Part shown: positions 63,161 through 64,000 of the stretch, in pieces
Layout: the number at the start of each line of letters is the position of its first letter
Numbering within the stretch: position 1 is the first letter of the stretch
The notes under the pieces: model-generated
Seen by the model: only the letters and a program-made list of their open reading frames with translations
Database searches by the model: none
What the model was told of the DNA's origin: nothing
Assembly: GCA_963780185.1 (NCBI GenBank)
Contig: CAWABA010000006.1
Location: forward strand, 512,001-576,000
Direction: 5' to 3'
Origin: Candidatus Bathyarchaeota archaeon
Lineage (GTDB): Archaea > Thermoproteota > Bathyarchaeia > Bathyarchaeales > Bathycorpusculaceae
DNA length: 64,000 nucleotides
Position numbers and translations under genes: made by a program

Positions 63161-63402
63161 GTGGCTTGGAGAGCTTTAGCGCTAACAGCGCCAAATCGTA
63201 TCTTGGCAGAAACGTCAACCTGCACCTGAAAGACGGCGCAGTCATAGTGAACGTGCAGCTAACTGGAATCCACAAGATTTCAGGAAAAAACAACCAGGTC
63301 GAATACGCGGCATCTGGAAAACGCAAAACCAGCCGAATACCCCTAAGACACGTCGCTTGGGCAGAGCTTATAAACGCAAATCTCATGCAGAAAGCCGCCT
63401 GA
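63157..63402 (+). CDS. Small Sm/LSm-like fold protein
   Basis: KSYLGRNVNLHLKDGAVIVNVQLTG resembles Sm1 and RIPLRHV is an Sm2-like strand. Confidence 0.55.
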   Translation: MSGLESFSANSAKSYLGRNVNLHLKDGAVIVNVQLTGIHKISGKNNQVEYAASGKRKTSRIPLRHVAWAELINANLMQKAA

Positions 63403-63456
63403 AACGGACAAGAAACGGGATAAAAGGAGAAATAGCAGAACAATAATTCAAACCCT

Positions 63457-63837
63457 ATGCGCTGTTCAAACTGCGGCGTCTGCTGCACAGAAACTGAGAT
63501 GCTTCTCTGCAAAAAAGACATCGAACGCCTAGTAAATCGCGGATTCAAACAGGAATTCTTCGCCAAAGTCAACAGGGAAGGCTACGTCCAACTAAGGAAC
63601 AGCAAAAACTACTGCGTATTCTACGACCCCAAAAACCGCCAATGCAGCGTTTACGTTGACAGGCCGGCAGGTTGCCGAGTTTACCCGGTTATTTTAGATG
63701 AGGAAAAAGGAATAATCCTTGACGACATCTGCCAATCCAGAGACACCATAACAGAGGTTGAAAAGTCAGTCAAGGGCAAACGAGTAATTAGGCTGCTCGA
63801 GAAAATCGATGATGAGGCAGACAAGAGGCACTTCTAA
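63457..63837 (+). CDS. YkgJ-family cysteine-cluster protein
   Basis: CSNCGVCC, CVFY and CSVYVDRPAGCRVYP. Confidence 0.92.
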   Translation: MRCSNCGVCCTETEMLLCKKDIERLVNRGFKQEFFAKVNREGYVQLRNSKNYCVFYDPKNRQCSVYVDRPAGCRVYPVILDEEKGIILDDICQSRDTITEVEKSVKGKRVIRLLEKIDDEADKRHF

Positions 63838-63854
63838 AAAATCGGTTCCACAAT

Positions 63855-63980
63855 CTAACGTGCTTTGCATTGGAAGCAGAATACTTTTTTGCCGCTCTCA
63901 GCATTAACTTCTTCAATCGGAATAAGGCTTGTTCTAACCAGTTTGTCACAGCTGTCGCAGAAAAACTGCACTTCAGCCAC
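63855..63980 (-). CDS. Small CxxC...CxxC zinc-ribbon protein (may extend beyond window)
   Basis: VAEVQFFCDSCDKLVRTSLIPIEEVNAESGKKVFCFQCKAR; frame is open to the window edge. Confidence 0.6.
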   Translation of the reverse strand: MAEVQFFCDSCDKLVRTSLIPIEEVNAESGKKVFCFQCKAR

Positions 63981-64000
63981 TCGGCTGTTACTCTGAAGAA

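Overview
Archaeal chromosomal window, most consistent with Candidatus Bathyarchaeia (TACK). This taxonomic call is an inference from BHB-type tRNA introns at non-canonical positions, Trm1, PEF-like C-terminal sorting tails and Ig/beta-helix surface proteins. Bases 1-2194 look like the AT-rich right end of an element integrated at a tRNA-Ala: a 26-bp tRNA 3' fragment fused to a perfect 22-bp palindrome. It is followed by vapBC and a mix of housekeeping genes (aspartokinase, proC, trm1, pfkA, GT4, ABC transporters, Lrp, M20 peptidase, Vps29/YfcE) and secreted/surface proteins (GH5, beta-helix, Ig-like, GOLD/p24-like, and a ~4750-aa giant repeat protein). A defence cluster (type I R-M plus AbiE) surrounds a two-intron tRNA-Tyr. 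Two tRNA-Gly(GCC) genes lie in tandem, one intronless and one with an intron. The most unusual unexplained signal is a ~175-bp iteron-like element present twice, inverted and 20 kb apart, each copy abutting defence genes. Many genes, including housekeeping ones, carry single-base frameshifts that are probably long-read assembly errors. All protein calls rest on motif recognition by eye; no searches were run.
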